Both the position numbers and the translations under genes were made by a program. This document shows, piece after piece, positions 1 to 9,791 of a DNA stretch of 64,000 nt (positions are counted from its first letter, which is position 1; each line of letters opens with the position of its first letter). A model generated the notes under the pieces. That model had not been told where the DNA came from. It was given only the letters and a program-made list of their open reading frames with translations, and did not search any database. Source of the stretch: Candidatus Sericytochromatia bacterium (GTDB lineage: Bacteria; Cyanobacteriota; Sericytochromatia; S15B-MN24; VGJW01); contig JAYKHS010000007.1 in the NCBI GenBank assembly GCA_035285865.1, positions 64,001-128,000 on the forward strand, given 5' to 3'.

Positions 1-1484
1 AGCGCCATGACCCTCTGGGCAACAGCTTCATGAACGGTCCGACCTTCGGAACGGATGTCTTCGTGCCGCTCGACTTCATCATCGGCGGACAGAAGATGGC
101 CGGCCAGGGCTGGCGCATGCTGATGGAGTGCCTGGCGGCCGGACGGTCGATCTCGCTGCCCGCCTCGGCCTGTGCCGCGGCCCAGGGTTGCACGCGGGCG
201 GCAGGTGCGTACGCGACGATCCGCGAACAGTTCGACATGCCCATCGGTCGCTTCGAGGGCATCGAGGAACCTCTGGCGCGCATCGGTGGCCTCACCTACC
301 TGATCGACTCCATGCGTCGCCTGACGGCGGGTGCCGTGGATTCGGGCGAGAAGCCCAGCGTCATCTCGGCCATCGCCAAGCGGTGGGCGACGGAAACGCA
401 GCGGCAGATCGTCAACGACGCGATGGACATCGTGGCGGGGGCCGGCATCAGCCAGGGCGAACGCAACGTCATCGCCCGGGCCTACCTGAGCACGCCCATC
501 GGCATCACGGTCGAGGGTGCCAACATCCTGACTCGAACGCTCATCGTCTTCGGGCAGGGGGCCATCCGCTGCCATCCCTTCGTGCAAACCGAGATGCGGG
601 CGTGTGCCGAGAAGAACGTCGCGAAGTTCGACGGGGCCTTCTGGGGCCACATCAACTTCGTGTTCAGCAATGGGGTCCGGTCCTTGCTGCTGGGCCTGGT
701 GGACGGTGCGTGGGCCCGGCCCGGGCATCGGCATGCCAAGGTCGCGCGGTATCTTGGCCAACTCAGCCGGATGTCCGCAGCCTTCGCGCTCTGCTCCGAT
801 GCCGCGATGGGTACGCTGGGCGGCTCGCTCAAGGGGGCCCAGAAGCTGTCCGGCCGCTTGGCGGATGCGCTGGCCTACAACTACATGGCTTCCGCTGCCG
901 TGAAGCGCTTCGTCGACGAGGGCTGCAAGCCCGAGCACGAGCCCTTCATGGACTGGAGCGTGCAGTTCGCCCTGTACCAGATCCAGGAGGCCCTCGACGG
1001 CTTCCTGCGTAACCTGCCGCTCCGGCCGGCCGCGTGGGCCCTCCGGCTGGCCGTGTTCCCCTTGGGTCGCCGTTATGCCCTGCCGGGCGATCGCGTCGGC
1101 GGCAAGGTGGCGCGTGCCCTGCTGGATGACCGTCAGGAGCGTCTGGACCTCACCCGGGACATCTACATTCCTCGGCTGGGCGAGCCTGGCCTCGGACTGT
1201 ACGAAGAGGCCCTCGACGCCGTCGTGGCCGCACAGCCTGCCGTCCGCAAGTTGAAGGAAGCCCTGCGCAGCCGCAAGCTGAACAAGTTCCCCGAGCAGAC
1301 GCAGGTGGAACGGGCGCTCGAGGCCGGCATCCTTACGGCCGAAGACAAGGCCCTGATGGATCGGGCGGATGCCTTCCGCGACGACGCCATTCAGGTGGAC
1401 AGCTTCCCGAAGGAGAGCTTCCCCCGGCGTCCCCGGGAGATCCACTCCAGCCCGGTGCGGGAGGCGGTGTCGGGGCGGCGGTAG
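1..1484 (+). CDS. fadE: Acyl-CoA dehydrogenase, FadE type (5' truncated by window edge)
   Basis: GQGWRMLMECLAAGRSISLP, REQFDMPIGRFEGIEE, PIGITVEGANILTR and the FadE C-terminal extension ending in DAIQVDSF. Confidence 0.9.
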   Translation, partial: RHDPLGNSFMNGPTFGTDVFVPLDFIIGGQKMAGQGWRMLMECLAAGRSISLPASACAAAQGCTRAAGAYATIREQFDMPIGRFEGIEEPLARIGGLTYLIDSMRRLTAGAVDSGEKPSVISAIAKRWATETQRQIVNDAMDIVAGAGISQGERNVIARAYLSTPIGITVEGANILTRTLIVFGQGAIRCHPFVQTEMRACAEKNVAKFDGAFWGHINFVFSNGVRSLLLGLVDGAWARPGHRHAKVARYLGQLSRMSAAFALCSDAAMGTLGGSLKGAQKLSGRLADALAYNYMASAAVKRFVDEGCKPEHEPFMDWSVQFALYQIQEALDGFLRNLPLRPAAWALRLAVFPLGRRYALPGDRVGGKVARALLDDRQERLDLTRDIYIPRLGEPGLGLYEEALDAVVAAQPAVRKLKEALRSRKLNKFPEQTQVERALEAGILTAEDKALMDRADAFRDDAIQVDSFPKESFPRRPREIHSSPVREAVSGRR

Positions 1485-1500
1485 CGCGCCTTCGGACCAA

Positions 1501-1538
1501 GACACCCCCTGTTTCCGGTTTCGGGAGCAGGGGGTGTC
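1501..1538 (+). terminator. GC-rich stem-loop, probable terminator
   Basis: gacaccccctg ... cagggggtgtc inverted repeat just after the fadE stop. Confidence 0.6.
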
Positions 1539-1635
1539 CTCGAAAAGCTGCCTCTGCACGACCATTCATATGGTATGCTTATCTCAGCCAGCGTTTAGAT
1601 AATTATCGGCTATCTTTGAGCTATAGGAGTCTCCT

Positions 1636-2736
1636 TTGCATCGAGTCAACATCGCACTGCGCAGTGTCGTCCCCTTTGCCTTGGCGTGCACCATCGGCCT
1701 CGCTGCCTGCGCTCCTGCTTCGACAACCACCACCACTTCGACCCCTGCTCCCGCAAGTAGCCCCTCGCCCGCAAGTAGCCCCTCGCCCGCAACCAGCCCC
1801 TCGCCCGTGGCACAGGTCACGCCAACCCCGACCCTCACCTTGGGAACGCCTTCGATCGTGGCGAGTTTCGACGCAAGCCAAAGACAGTTCGCTGAGGGCC
1901 TCGCGTTGGACAAGTCAGGTGCTTATGCCTACACTGCCACGCTCGCCGGCGAGATTTTCAGGGTCAACCTGCAGGATGGCAAAAAACTGCGGGTAGCCAC
2001 CCTTGAAAACTTTCCGCAGGACACCGAGGAAGGACAACTATTTGTAGCGGGGGTTGCCTTCGATGCTGACGAGAATCTTGATATCGCCGTCGCCTACTTC
2101 GCCGAAGACGGCAAGTACGAATCTGGTATTTACCGCATGGCGAAGGGCGGTTCGGTTGCCAGCCTGCGCACACGAGTGCTGGGCTTTCCGAACGGCATTG
2201 CCTACGCTCCAGATGGCACGTGCTTCGTCAGCAACTCTTTCGGCCAGATCTTGACAGTCTCCGCATCAGGGGAGGCTTCCGAGTGGTTCAAAGAGGCTGG
2301 GGTGACCAACGGAGATGAGGATTCTGCCTGTGCCACCGGCTTGGTGATCGGTGCAAATGGCATTCATGTCACCGGTGATGCCGTGTACTTCACCAATTCC
2401 GACCGGGCTCAGCTGGTTAAGGTGGTCCGCAAATCCGACGGCACGGCAGGAGAGCGGTCCTTCGTTGTGTCCTCCAACTGCGCCACATTCAACGGTGCCG
2501 ACGGATTGGTCCTGGGTCCCGACGGTAACTTCTACGTAGCATCCAATAACCAGAATGCCCTGCTCAAGGTCACACCAGCCGGCGCTGTCAGTGTCGTAGC
2601 GAGCAGCTCGGTGTTCGCGTTCCCGACCAGCCTGGTCTACAGCGCCAAGGACAGCGCGATTTACCTTAGTAATTTCGCCTACGGCGGCGATGTCAATAAG
2701 CCGGGTATCGTAAAGGTTCCCGTCCAGAGGAACTGA
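1636..2736 (+). CDS. Lipoprotein, SMP-30/gluconolactonase-like beta-propeller
   Basis: Lipobox-like LAAC, Ser/Pro/Thr linker, AEGLALD, FPNGIAY, GANGI and GADGLVL blade motifs. Confidence 0.75.
   Translation: MHRVNIALRSVVPFALACTIGLAACAPASTTTTTSTPAPASSPSPASSPSPATSPSPVAQVTPTPTLTLGTPSIVASFDASQRQFAEGLALDKSGAYAYTATLAGEIFRVNLQDGKKLRVATLENFPQDTEEGQLFVAGVAFDADENLDIAVAYFAEDGKYESGIYRMAKGGSVASLRTRVLGFPNGIAYAPDGTCFVSNSFGQILTVSASGEASEWFKEAGVTNGDEDSACATGLVIGANGIHVTGDAVYFTNSDRAQLVKVVRKSDGTAGERSFVVSSNCATFNGADGLVLGPDGNFYVASNNQNALLKVTPAGAVSVVASSSVFAFPTSLVYSAKDSAIYLSNFAYGGDVNKPGIVKVPVQRN
1753..1806 (+). repeat. Three 18-bp tandem units encoding ASSPSP/ATSPSP
   Basis: gcaagtagcccctcgccc twice, then gcaaccagcccctcgccc. 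Confidence 0.9.
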
Positions 2737-2755
2737 GACCATTGAGGTCGATGCT

Positions 2756-2793
2756 CCCGCGCCCCGCGTTCCTGATGGAACACGGGGCGCGGG
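2756..2793. terminator. Stem-loop between convergent genes
   Basis: cccgcgccccg ... cggggcgcggg inverted repeat. Confidence 0.55.
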
Positions 2794-2833
2794 ATCTCTT
2801 GGGAAGTGTGTGAGCGGATGCGCGGACCGTCCT

Positions 2834-3739
2834 TCAGACGAGTGCCGTGTCGAGGAACGGGAGTAAGTCCACGATGGCCTGTTCCCGTGGAGTAGGCGGC
2901 AAGCCCCGCCGCATCCGCATCTGCACCCACCAGGCGCGCCCGTGAACCTCGAGCCGGATGCCGAGGCGCACGAGGGGCACGGCCCACGGGTGGTGCTTGC
3001 GGGCCAGAAGCACACTACCCGCATAACCCTCACGAATGGCCTTGGCAAGAACCGCAGGGTCCGACCGCGTGGCCACGCCCTCGTGATGACGAACGTGGAT
3101 CGCGGGCGCACACGCGATCGTCCAACCCGCCTTGCGCAGCCGCCATGAAAGGTCGAGGTCCTCGTTGTAGAAGAAGAAGCCCTCGTCGAGCCAGCCGATG
3201 GCGTCAAGCGCCTCGCGCCGAAGCAGAAGACAGGTCCCCGGCAGCCAATTCATCCGGACAAGGCCCCGGCCGCGTCGCCTCCACGGCGCCATCGGCGGCC
3301 CCTGGACCCGACCGTCCGGCCAGTGCATCAGGGGCGACAGGGCACCGAGCGTGGGGTCGGCATCCATGACCGCCACCAGCCTTTCGAGGGCTTGCGGCAG
3401 CATGGTGACATCGGAGTTGAGCAGCAAGACATAGGGCGCAGCTACGTGGCGACCGCCGCGGTTGCACGCAGCCGCAAACCCCACGTTCTCGGCATTCCGC
3501 AGGATGACGGCATCCGGTGCCGCCCGCTCCACAACGGCCAGACTGTCATCCGTTGAGGCGTTGTCGACCACGACCGCCACATAGGACTCGGGAACTGCTG
3601 CAGCAGGCAACGCGGCCAGAGTGGACGAGAGGACGGAGGCACCGTTCAGGTTCGGGATGACGACGACGACCCGCGGTGACGCCTGGAGAGCGGCTGGCGG
3701 GACGGATGGTCCGGGGGCATGGGGCATGGGCAAGCCCAT
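2834..3739 (-). CDS. Glycosyltransferase family 2
   Basis: VVVDNASTD, NVGFAAACNRG, LLLNSD and FFFYNEDLDLSWR. Confidence 0.9.
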   Translation of the reverse strand: MGLPMPHAPGPSVPPAALQASPRVVVVIPNLNGASVLSSTLAALPAAAVPESYVAVVVDNASTDDSLAVVERAAPDAVILRNAENVGFAAACNRGGRHVAAPYVLLLNSDVTMLPQALERLVAVMDADPTLGALSPLMHWPDGRVQGPPMAPWRRRGRGLVRMNWLPGTCLLLRREALDAIGWLDEGFFFYNEDLDLSWRLRKAGWTIACAPAIHVRHHEGVATRSDPAVLAKAIREGYAGSVLLARKHHPWAVPLVRLGIRLEVHGRAWWVQMRMRRGLPPTPREQAIVDLLPFLDTALV

Positions 3740-3757
3740 GCTAGCAGGGCCGCCCGT

Positions 3758-4285
3758 TCAGAAGCCCCACTCACCCACATAGGCTGCGAAGGCCTGCCAC
3801 TGCCGAAACGGGATGATGCCCGGATCCGCACCCTCAGGCGTATCCCAGGCCTTCAGGAACTCCCTCCGCAGGCGATAGGCAAGCGGTGCCCCTCCGATCA
3901 TCAGGTCGTCCAAAGTGCCCACCCATTCGGGAATCTCCTCCCATCCCGTCACGTGCCGCAGGGTGCGCAGCACGGCAGGGTCACCAAGCTGATCGACTCT
4001 GGTCTCGTGCAGCCACCGATCGAGCAGGGCAAGGCGACGAGGTTGCTCGGCAGGATCCATGAAGGAAACCGTCGTGCGGCAGGACTCGGCCAGATCTTCG
4101 AGTGAGCGGAACCAGAACAGCACCGGCCCGACGTCCGGCAGGTCCGGGAGCCGAACGCAATAGCCCACCAGCGTGGCCGGTGCCACACCGTCCCGGACCA
4201 GTTGCGCAAGGGCCCCGAGGGCAATCGGCGGGGCCGGGGCGCGGACGGGCGTGATGCCGAGATCGGTGACGAGCGTGTCCTGCAC
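3758..4285 (-). CDS. Hypothetical protein
   Basis: 175-aa ORF with coding-like codon pattern; aggag RBS-like sequence just upstream of the start. Confidence 0.6.
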   Translation of the reverse strand: MQDTLVTDLGITPVRAPAPPIALGALAQLVRDGVAPATLVGYCVRLPDLPDVGPVLFWFRSLEDLAESCRTTVSFMDPAEQPRRLALLDRWLHETRVDQLGDPAVLRTLRHVTGWEEIPEWVGTLDDLMIGGAPLAYRLRREFLKAWDTPEGADPGIIPFRQWQAFAAYVGEWGF

Positions 4286-4571
4286 GATGAACTCCTTCCG
4301 GAACCCGGTCCGGCCGCGATGCCTTGCATCAACATCTTCAGGGATTTCTCCTGCCGAAGAACACGTCTTTTCCGGACTCTTGAAAATCCCGGAACATGTT
4401 GCCTTGAGCTTGCCGAGACCCCCTGCACGGTGGAAGAAACGAAGCCACTGGCGGCGTGCTTGTCAAGGAAAGCACCGGTGCGTGCGGCCGGTCAGCGGGG
4501 CATGAACCGAGGATTCTCGAACGGATCGGCGACTCCCTCTTGACGCTGACGCCGCGGCTGCCTACGATATC

Positions 4572-4601
4572 TTTAACGCCTCATTAATGCGTTCTTCATC
4601 A
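4572..4601 (+). promoter_or_regulatory. Three 11-bp-spaced direct repeats (OmpR/PhoB-type operator candidate)
   Basis: tttaacgc (4572), attaatgc (4583), cttcatca (4594). Confidence 0.4.
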
Positions 4602-4626
4602 GATACCTTTTACGGAGTGCCCGTTC

Positions 4627-5235
4627 ATGAATAAGTTTCGTGCGGTGGTGATGGCGGTTGCCCTCGGCAGCGTGGCCGCCTGTGGCCAGGTCTCCCCCGT
4701 GGCTCAGGGACAGGCCGTCACGGTCCTGTCGGCCCGCTCGGCGGCGACCGAAGCGCGGCTCCTCGATGCCGCAGGCAAGGGTCAGACCGAGTCTGTCCGC
4801 GCCCTGCTTGATCAGGGTGCGCGGGTCGATGCCCAGAACGGCAATGGCTACACGGCCCTCGCCCTCTCGGCTTGGCGCGGCCATCAGTCGACCGTCGCCC
4901 TGCTGCTGTCCCGCGGTGCGCAGGTCAACCTCGCGACCGAGGACCGCAAGACGCCGATCCACTGGGCGGCCGTGGCCGGCCATGCGGGCATCGTCCGGGA
5001 TCTCGCCGCGGCAGGCGCCCTCGTCGACAACCGTGACAAGGATGGCTGGACCCCCCTCGCGTGGGCCTCGTTCAATGGCAAGGTGGAAGTCGTGCGGGTC
5101 CTTATCGCTGCGGGAGCAGACGTCAATGCCCGCAACGACCGCGGCACGACGGTGCTCGAGCTGGCGCGCAACGGCGGCTTCCTGCTGCCCAACTTCGAGT
5201 TGCTGCGCATCCTCCGCGAGGCCGGCGCACGCTAA
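4627..5235 (+). CDS. Ankyrin-repeat lipoprotein
   Basis: Lipobox VAAC; repeats GYTALALSA, KTPIHWAA, GWTPLAWAS, GADVNARN. Confidence 0.9.
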   Translation: MNKFRAVVMAVALGSVAACGQVSPVAQGQAVTVLSARSAATEARLLDAAGKGQTESVRALLDQGARVDAQNGNGYTALALSAWRGHQSTVALLLSRGAQVNLATEDRKTPIHWAAVAGHAGIVRDLAAAGALVDNRDKDGWTPLAWASFNGKVEVVRVLIAAGADVNARNDRGTTVLELARNGGFLLPNFELLRILREAGAR

Positions 5236-5365
5236 GCCCCGCCTCTGGGGGGCCGGCTCTCGCGCAGGGGGCCGGCCCTTCGTCCGTTTTGCGGACAGGC
5301 AGGGCACTTGACCAGTCAGGGAGTCATCCCCGATGATCTCGCCTGTACCAGAGGAGTCTGCCCCG

Positions 5366-6730
5366 ATGTCCCATCCCTTTCGCAAGGCCGGAGCGTGGTC
5401 CGCCGCTTTGATGAGCGTGGCTGCCTGCACCGCCACGCCGCCCGCCCTCAAGCCCGCGACCGAACTCGCCGGGACCGGCTCCCCCTTGGTCGTCACCCGC
5501 GAAGAGCAGATCCAGGCCATCAAGGACACGGTCTCTGCCGCACAGGGTCTCAGCCGCAAAATGTCGGGCGGCGGTGCCTCGGCTCTGAACAGCGCCCCGG
5601 GTAGCCTCAAGGACAGTGGCACTTCGGCGCTCAACAATACGGCAGCCCTGAACAATACCTCAGCACTCAACAACACGGCGGCACTCAACAATACGGCCGC
5701 CCGCAGGATCCTTGCGGCGGATGTCGCCGGTCGCCTGACGCAGGCCGCAGCCACGTGGAAAGCCGATGCCTCGGCCTCGTTCTCCGTGGACTACGACGCG
5801 ACCACCCGACAGATCACCGCGCTCTCGGGTTCGGACTGGCGGATCGGCATCGGCATCGAGGGCGGTGGCACGCCCGCACGCCGCGCCCAGGCCTCCCTGC
5901 AGAACCTGCCGGACAACTCCAGGGTGGACTTGGCCCTCGGCATCCGTGCCGACACGTGGACGGCCTTCCCCTTCGGTGTAGAGACGGCGACGGATGGCAG
6001 CACGTCTTCCGTGATGCCGTTTGAACTCTTCTACAACCAGCTGCCCGACCTGGGCACGCTGCAGCAGGTGTCCGTGGATGCCGGCGTCCTCTTCGGGGGG
6101 GATGCCGACAAGAGCGCCAGCCTCAAGGTCGTCGCCGAGGAGTTCAAGGACGCAACCGGAGTGCTTGCGGATTCACCCTCACCGGATGCGTCGGCCTCAA
6201 CCGCTGCCGCACCGCTGCGTCTGCCCCACCGGCTCTCGGTCAGGATGACCAGTTCAGGCAACGCCATGGACATGGCCATGACCATGAAGCCGACCGATAC
6301 CTACGTGGAGATGGACCTGAAGGGCACGGTGGCCCTGAAAATGCCCAATGGCAAGGCACTCGAGTGGACCGTCGCCAACCGCATCCAGATCGACCCGAAG
6401 CGCGAGGCCAGCGACCGCCTGGAGGTCGACTGGACCCTGCCCGCCAAGTCCATCCGCTTCACCGGCACGGGCACGGCTGCCCCCGATGGCACCGTCACGA
6501 TCGACGGCCGCTTCGTCTCGACGATCGATGGCACGGAGCTGGGTCGGACCCGCTACACCACGACGGACAAGGACTCCTCGGGCGGCGTGCTTTCTCCCGC
6601 GGTCCTGTTCCCGGACGCGAGCACGCTGGAGCTCAAGGGCGAGGACTTCGTCGACCTCGGTCCCTACGCCGACAAGCCGGCCTCGGGCAGCTTGAACCCC
6701 ATCGAACCGGCCACGACCAGCGCGAACTAG
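5366..6730 (+). CDS. Hypothetical lipoprotein with (S/A)ALNNT repeats
   Basis: gaggag RBS before the ATG at 5366, lipobox VAAC, four ALNNT units, beta-rich C-terminal half. Confidence 0.7.
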   Translation: MSHPFRKAGAWSAALMSVAACTATPPALKPATELAGTGSPLVVTREEQIQAIKDTVSAAQGLSRKMSGGGASALNSAPGSLKDSGTSALNNTAALNNTSALNNTAALNNTAARRILAADVAGRLTQAAATWKADASASFSVDYDATTRQITALSGSDWRIGIGIEGGGTPARRAQASLQNLPDNSRVDLALGIRADTWTAFPFGVETATDGSTSSVMPFELFYNQLPDLGTLQQVSVDAGVLFGGDADKSASLKVVAEEFKDATGVLADSPSPDASASTAAAPLRLPHRLSVRMTSSGNAMDMAMTMKPTDTYVEMDLKGTVALKMPNGKALEWTVANRIQIDPKREASDRLEVDWTLPAKSIRFTGTGTAAPDGTVTIDGRFVSTIDGTELGRTRYTTTDKDSSGGVLSPAVLFPDASTLELKGEDFVDLGPYADKPASGSLNPIEPATTSAN

Positions 6731-6746
6731 CATTCCCGTATCGACA

Positions 6747-6782
6747 AGAGCCCCTGCAACCCATATGGATTGCAGGGGCTCT
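6747..6782. terminator. Bidirectional terminator candidate
   Basis: agagcccctgcaa ... ttgcaggggctct between convergent genes. Confidence 0.65.
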
Positions 6783-6799
6783 CCCGTTTCAAGTCAGAC

Positions 6800-7765
6800 T
6801 CAGATCTTCGGCACGACGGCCACGCGCAGGCCGCCCATCTTGACGTAGCTGTAGGGCATAAGGAAGTAACCACCCGCGGCCCAATCGCTGCCCCACGAGT
6901 TCCGGATGACGAGGACCTGCTTCTTGTCGTCGTAACCGACGGCCAGAACCGCATGGCCGCCCATGAACTTGTCGTTTTCGGTCGGGATCGGCATCAACCC
7001 GTCCTTGCCAGTCTTGCCGATGCTCTGGAAGACCATCATGCCGAGCAGCACGGGCATGCCCTTCTCGAGGCTGGTCCGCACGGCAGACAACTTGGTGGCC
7101 ACGCTGAAACCCGAGACGATCCGCTTCTTCTTGGCTGCGGCCACGAGATCGGACCCGGGCTTGCGAGAGAGAAAATCCTGACGCAGCTTTGCATCTTCCT
7201 GGCCCTTGGCGTCCAGATAGGGGAACGCGGCCTCATCGACGGTACCCAGGTTGTCGAGCATCTTGGTCGCCAGCTCCATCGGAGCACCCGAATCCTCGTT
7301 GCGCATGCCCATGGCCGCACGCGTCTGGTACCACGTGTAGGCCGGGGACTGGGGCTCGTCGTTGCCGCGCTTGCGCAGCAGGAACTCCTGCAGACCCTTG
7401 ACGGTGGCGAAGGACGTGCAGCTGCCGAACTGCCCCTGATTGGCCACCGGACTGCACTGACGCCGCAGGTCGACGCTCACGGGGCGGCTGGCCATCGTCT
7501 CGAAGCCGATGAGACCCCTGCCATCCTCGCCATCGAGGCTCACGCCCTTGGCACCCTTGAGGTCGGCACCGAGCCCGAACTTGAATCCAGCCCGCCGCCT
7601 GCCATCAAGCAGGGAGAGCTCGTCCATCTCGGCTGCGCGCGACATCATGGCCGCAGAAACGGGCTGGCCGAGGCCGGGTGCCATGGTGGCCGAGGGCGCG
7701 CCGCAACCGGCAAGGGCCGAGAGGGCGAGCAAGCCGGGAAGCATGATTCGGGTGCGGGTCTTCAT
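6800..7765 (-). CDS. Papain-family (C1) cysteine peptidase lipoprotein
   Basis: Lipobox LAGC; NQGQFGSCTSF, GGHAVLAVGY and IRNSWG catalytic motifs. Confidence 0.92.
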   Translation of the reverse strand: MKTRTRIMLPGLLALSALAGCGAPSATMAPGLGQPVSAAMMSRAAEMDELSLLDGRRRAGFKFGLGADLKGAKGVSLDGEDGRGLIGFETMASRPVSVDLRRQCSPVANQGQFGSCTSFATVKGLQEFLLRKRGNDEPQSPAYTWYQTRAAMGMRNEDSGAPMELATKMLDNLGTVDEAAFPYLDAKGQEDAKLRQDFLSRKPGSDLVAAAKKKRIVSGFSVATKLSAVRTSLEKGMPVLLGMMVFQSIGKTGKDGLMPIPTENDKFMGGHAVLAVGYDDKKQVLVIRNSWGSDWAAGGYFLMPYSYVKMGGLRVAVVPKI

Positions 7766-7810
7766 ATCGGGTCATCGCCCGGGATGCACCCGCGGATTCT
7801 TGTCCCGAGG

Positions 7811-8926
7811 TTAACTCATGGCCAAGGATGAACCAAGGCGACGACGTCCCGCCTCGGCCCAGTCATCCCAAAGCCCCAGCCATACCGCGAGGATCGCCGG
7901 ACCGAGGAACAGTCCCAGCAGCCCGAAGATCGCAAGCCCCCCCAGGATGGCGAAGAAGGTCTGCAGGTACGGCAACCGTGTCGCATTGGCAATCACGAGG
8001 GGACGCACGAAGTTGTCCACGGTGCTGACCAGCAGGAAACCCCAGGCCAGCAACGCCACACCTTGGAGCAGGTTGCCCGTCACGAGCAAGGCCAGCGACG
8101 TCGGAATCCAGACGAGGGTCGCCCCGAAGGGCAGCATCGCCATGACGGCCGTCGCCACGCCGAGCAGGGCCGGAGCCTTGATGCCCACGAGACTGTAGCC
8201 GACGGCCGCGACCAATCCCTGGGAGATCGCTGCCCCGATGACACCGGCGAAGACGGCACGCAGCGCATCCCGCATGGGCTGTGCGAGCCGCACTGCCCGC
8301 TCCCCGAGCAGATGCGTGGCCACGGCACGGGCCTCGCGGGTGTAGCGCTCGCCGTTGCGGAAGATGAAGAACAGCGTGAAGAGCGCCAGCCCCCCCTGCA
8401 GGAAGCCCTTCAGGAAGCTGGCCAAGATGAGGCCACCCGGTCGGAGCAACGGCAGCACCACCTCGCGTCCCATGAAGCCACCCTTGCGAATGGCTGCCTG
8501 AAGATCCTGATAGCCCGCGGCGGCACCCGGAAGCTGCTCAAGCATGGGCGGCAGGGGCGGGGGAGCCTGCCAGTGGCGCATGAAGGCGTCATAGGTCGGC
8601 CCGACCTCCCGTGCCAAGGATGAAACGATGACGCCCGCAGGCAGCAGCAACACCGCCGCCACGAGCAGCACCGTCGCGCCGGCGGCGAGGTTGACCCGCC
8701 CGCGGAACATGTCCCTGATGCGGCTGTAGAGGGGCCAGCTGATGGCCGCCAGCACGAAGGCCCAAGTGATGGCCTCCCAGAGCGGCCGAAGCAGGATGGC
8801 CGTCAGCAGGATCAAGGCCCCGATGGCCACCGGCCAAGCCAAGGTTGGCGGCAGCAGCCTGTCACCGAACGGTCGCAAGCCGGTCGTCGGGGCACCGGGC
8901 CCGGGGGTCACTTCGGGTTGTTCCAT
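7811..8926 (-). CDS. AI-2E family (PerM/YdiK-like) transporter
   Basis: Multiple TM segments; VDNFVRP and GGLAIFGLLGLFLGP signature. Confidence 0.88.
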   Translation of the reverse strand: MEQPEVTPGPGAPTTGLRPFGDRLLPPTLAWPVAIGALILLTAILLRPLWEAITWAFVLAAISWPLYSRIRDMFRGRVNLAAGATVLLVAAVLLLPAGVIVSSLAREVGPTYDAFMRHWQAPPPLPPMLEQLPGAAAGYQDLQAAIRKGGFMGREVVLPLLRPGGLILASFLKGFLQGGLALFTLFFIFRNGERYTREARAVATHLLGERAVRLAQPMRDALRAVFAGVIGAAISQGLVAAVGYSLVGIKAPALLGVATAVMAMLPFGATLVWIPTSLALLVTGNLLQGVALLAWGFLLVSTVDNFVRPLVIANATRLPYLQTFFAILGGLAIFGLLGLFLGPAILAVWLGLWDDWAEAGRRRLGSSLAMS

Positions 8927-8972
8927 GGGGTTCCTGTCACGATGCACCTCGGCACGGGCCCATCGTACCCCC

Positions 8973-9791
8973 TCAGGGGCGAGTCCAAGGCGCGGCCCCC
9001 TGCATCATGTCCCCGAGGATCCCCGACACCAGGGCCGGCTGCCGCCACGGCACGGCGTGACCGCAATCAGGCGCCACGACACGATCGGCCAGGCCAGCCG
9101 TGCGGGCCATGATCGTCTCGTCATCGCCACCGATCAGCAGGCGAGTTGGACAAGCCGGAGCTTCCGTGACGCGGGTGCCGCGATGGTCCGCCCAGCACAC
9201 CAGCAGCCTCCCGAGCGCCTCCCCGCGCACACGCGCAGCCATCAGTCCGACCGTCGCACGCTCGCGCCCTGCGAGCAACGGCTGGGCATCCCAATCGGCA
9301 AGCACGGTGACGCGGTCCTCCGCACCGAACCGCGAGGCCCACGCCTCGAGCCATGTCTCCCGACCGGGCTGGCCCTCCGCAGCCGAGCGGCCAGGAGCAC
9401 ATGAGACGCCCAGCACCCCCTTGCATGCCGGTCCGAGGCGGCGGGCCAGATGCCACGCGACGCGTCCACCCATGGAGTAACCGCAGAGCAACGGTTCGCG
9501 CAGGCGGTCCCCGCAGACCCCGACAAGGTCGCCGAGGAAAGCTGCCGGGCCATCCTCGTCGGCGGCAAGCCAGGCCGTCGCACCCGACCCAGGCAAATCG
9601 GGGGCGAGGATGGTCCAGTCGACCGGCAGACGTGAGGCGACTCCCTCCCACATGCCCCCCGGCCAGCTGAAACCGGGGAACAGCAGCACCGTCGGGCCTG
9701 CGCCCCCCTCGAAGGCCCAGAGGCCGATCCTGCGCCCGCCGGCTGCGAAGACCTCGGAAGGCCGCAGGCGCGGGGAGGCTTCAGCCGCCAA
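8973..9791 (-). CDS. Alpha/beta hydrolase (MenH-like)
   Basis: PDLPGSG, nucleophile elbow GYSMGG, CGHAVP. Confidence 0.8.
   Translation of the reverse strand: MAAEASPRLRPSEVFAAGGRRIGLWAFEGGAGPTVLLFPGFSWPGGMWEGVASRLPVDWTILAPDLPGSGATAWLAADEDGPAAFLGDLVGVCGDRLREPLLCGYSMGGRVAWHLARRLGPACKGVLGVSCAPGRSAAEGQPGRETWLEAWASRFGAEDRVTVLADWDAQPLLAGRERATVGLMAARVRGEALGRLLVCWADHRGTRVTEAPACPTRLLIGGDDETIMARTAGLADRVVAPDCGHAVPWRQPALVSGILGDMMQGAAPWTRP

Noticed and set aside
1753..1806. Short tandem repeats as a CRISPR array
   Set aside because: No spacers; the units are in-frame linker codons.
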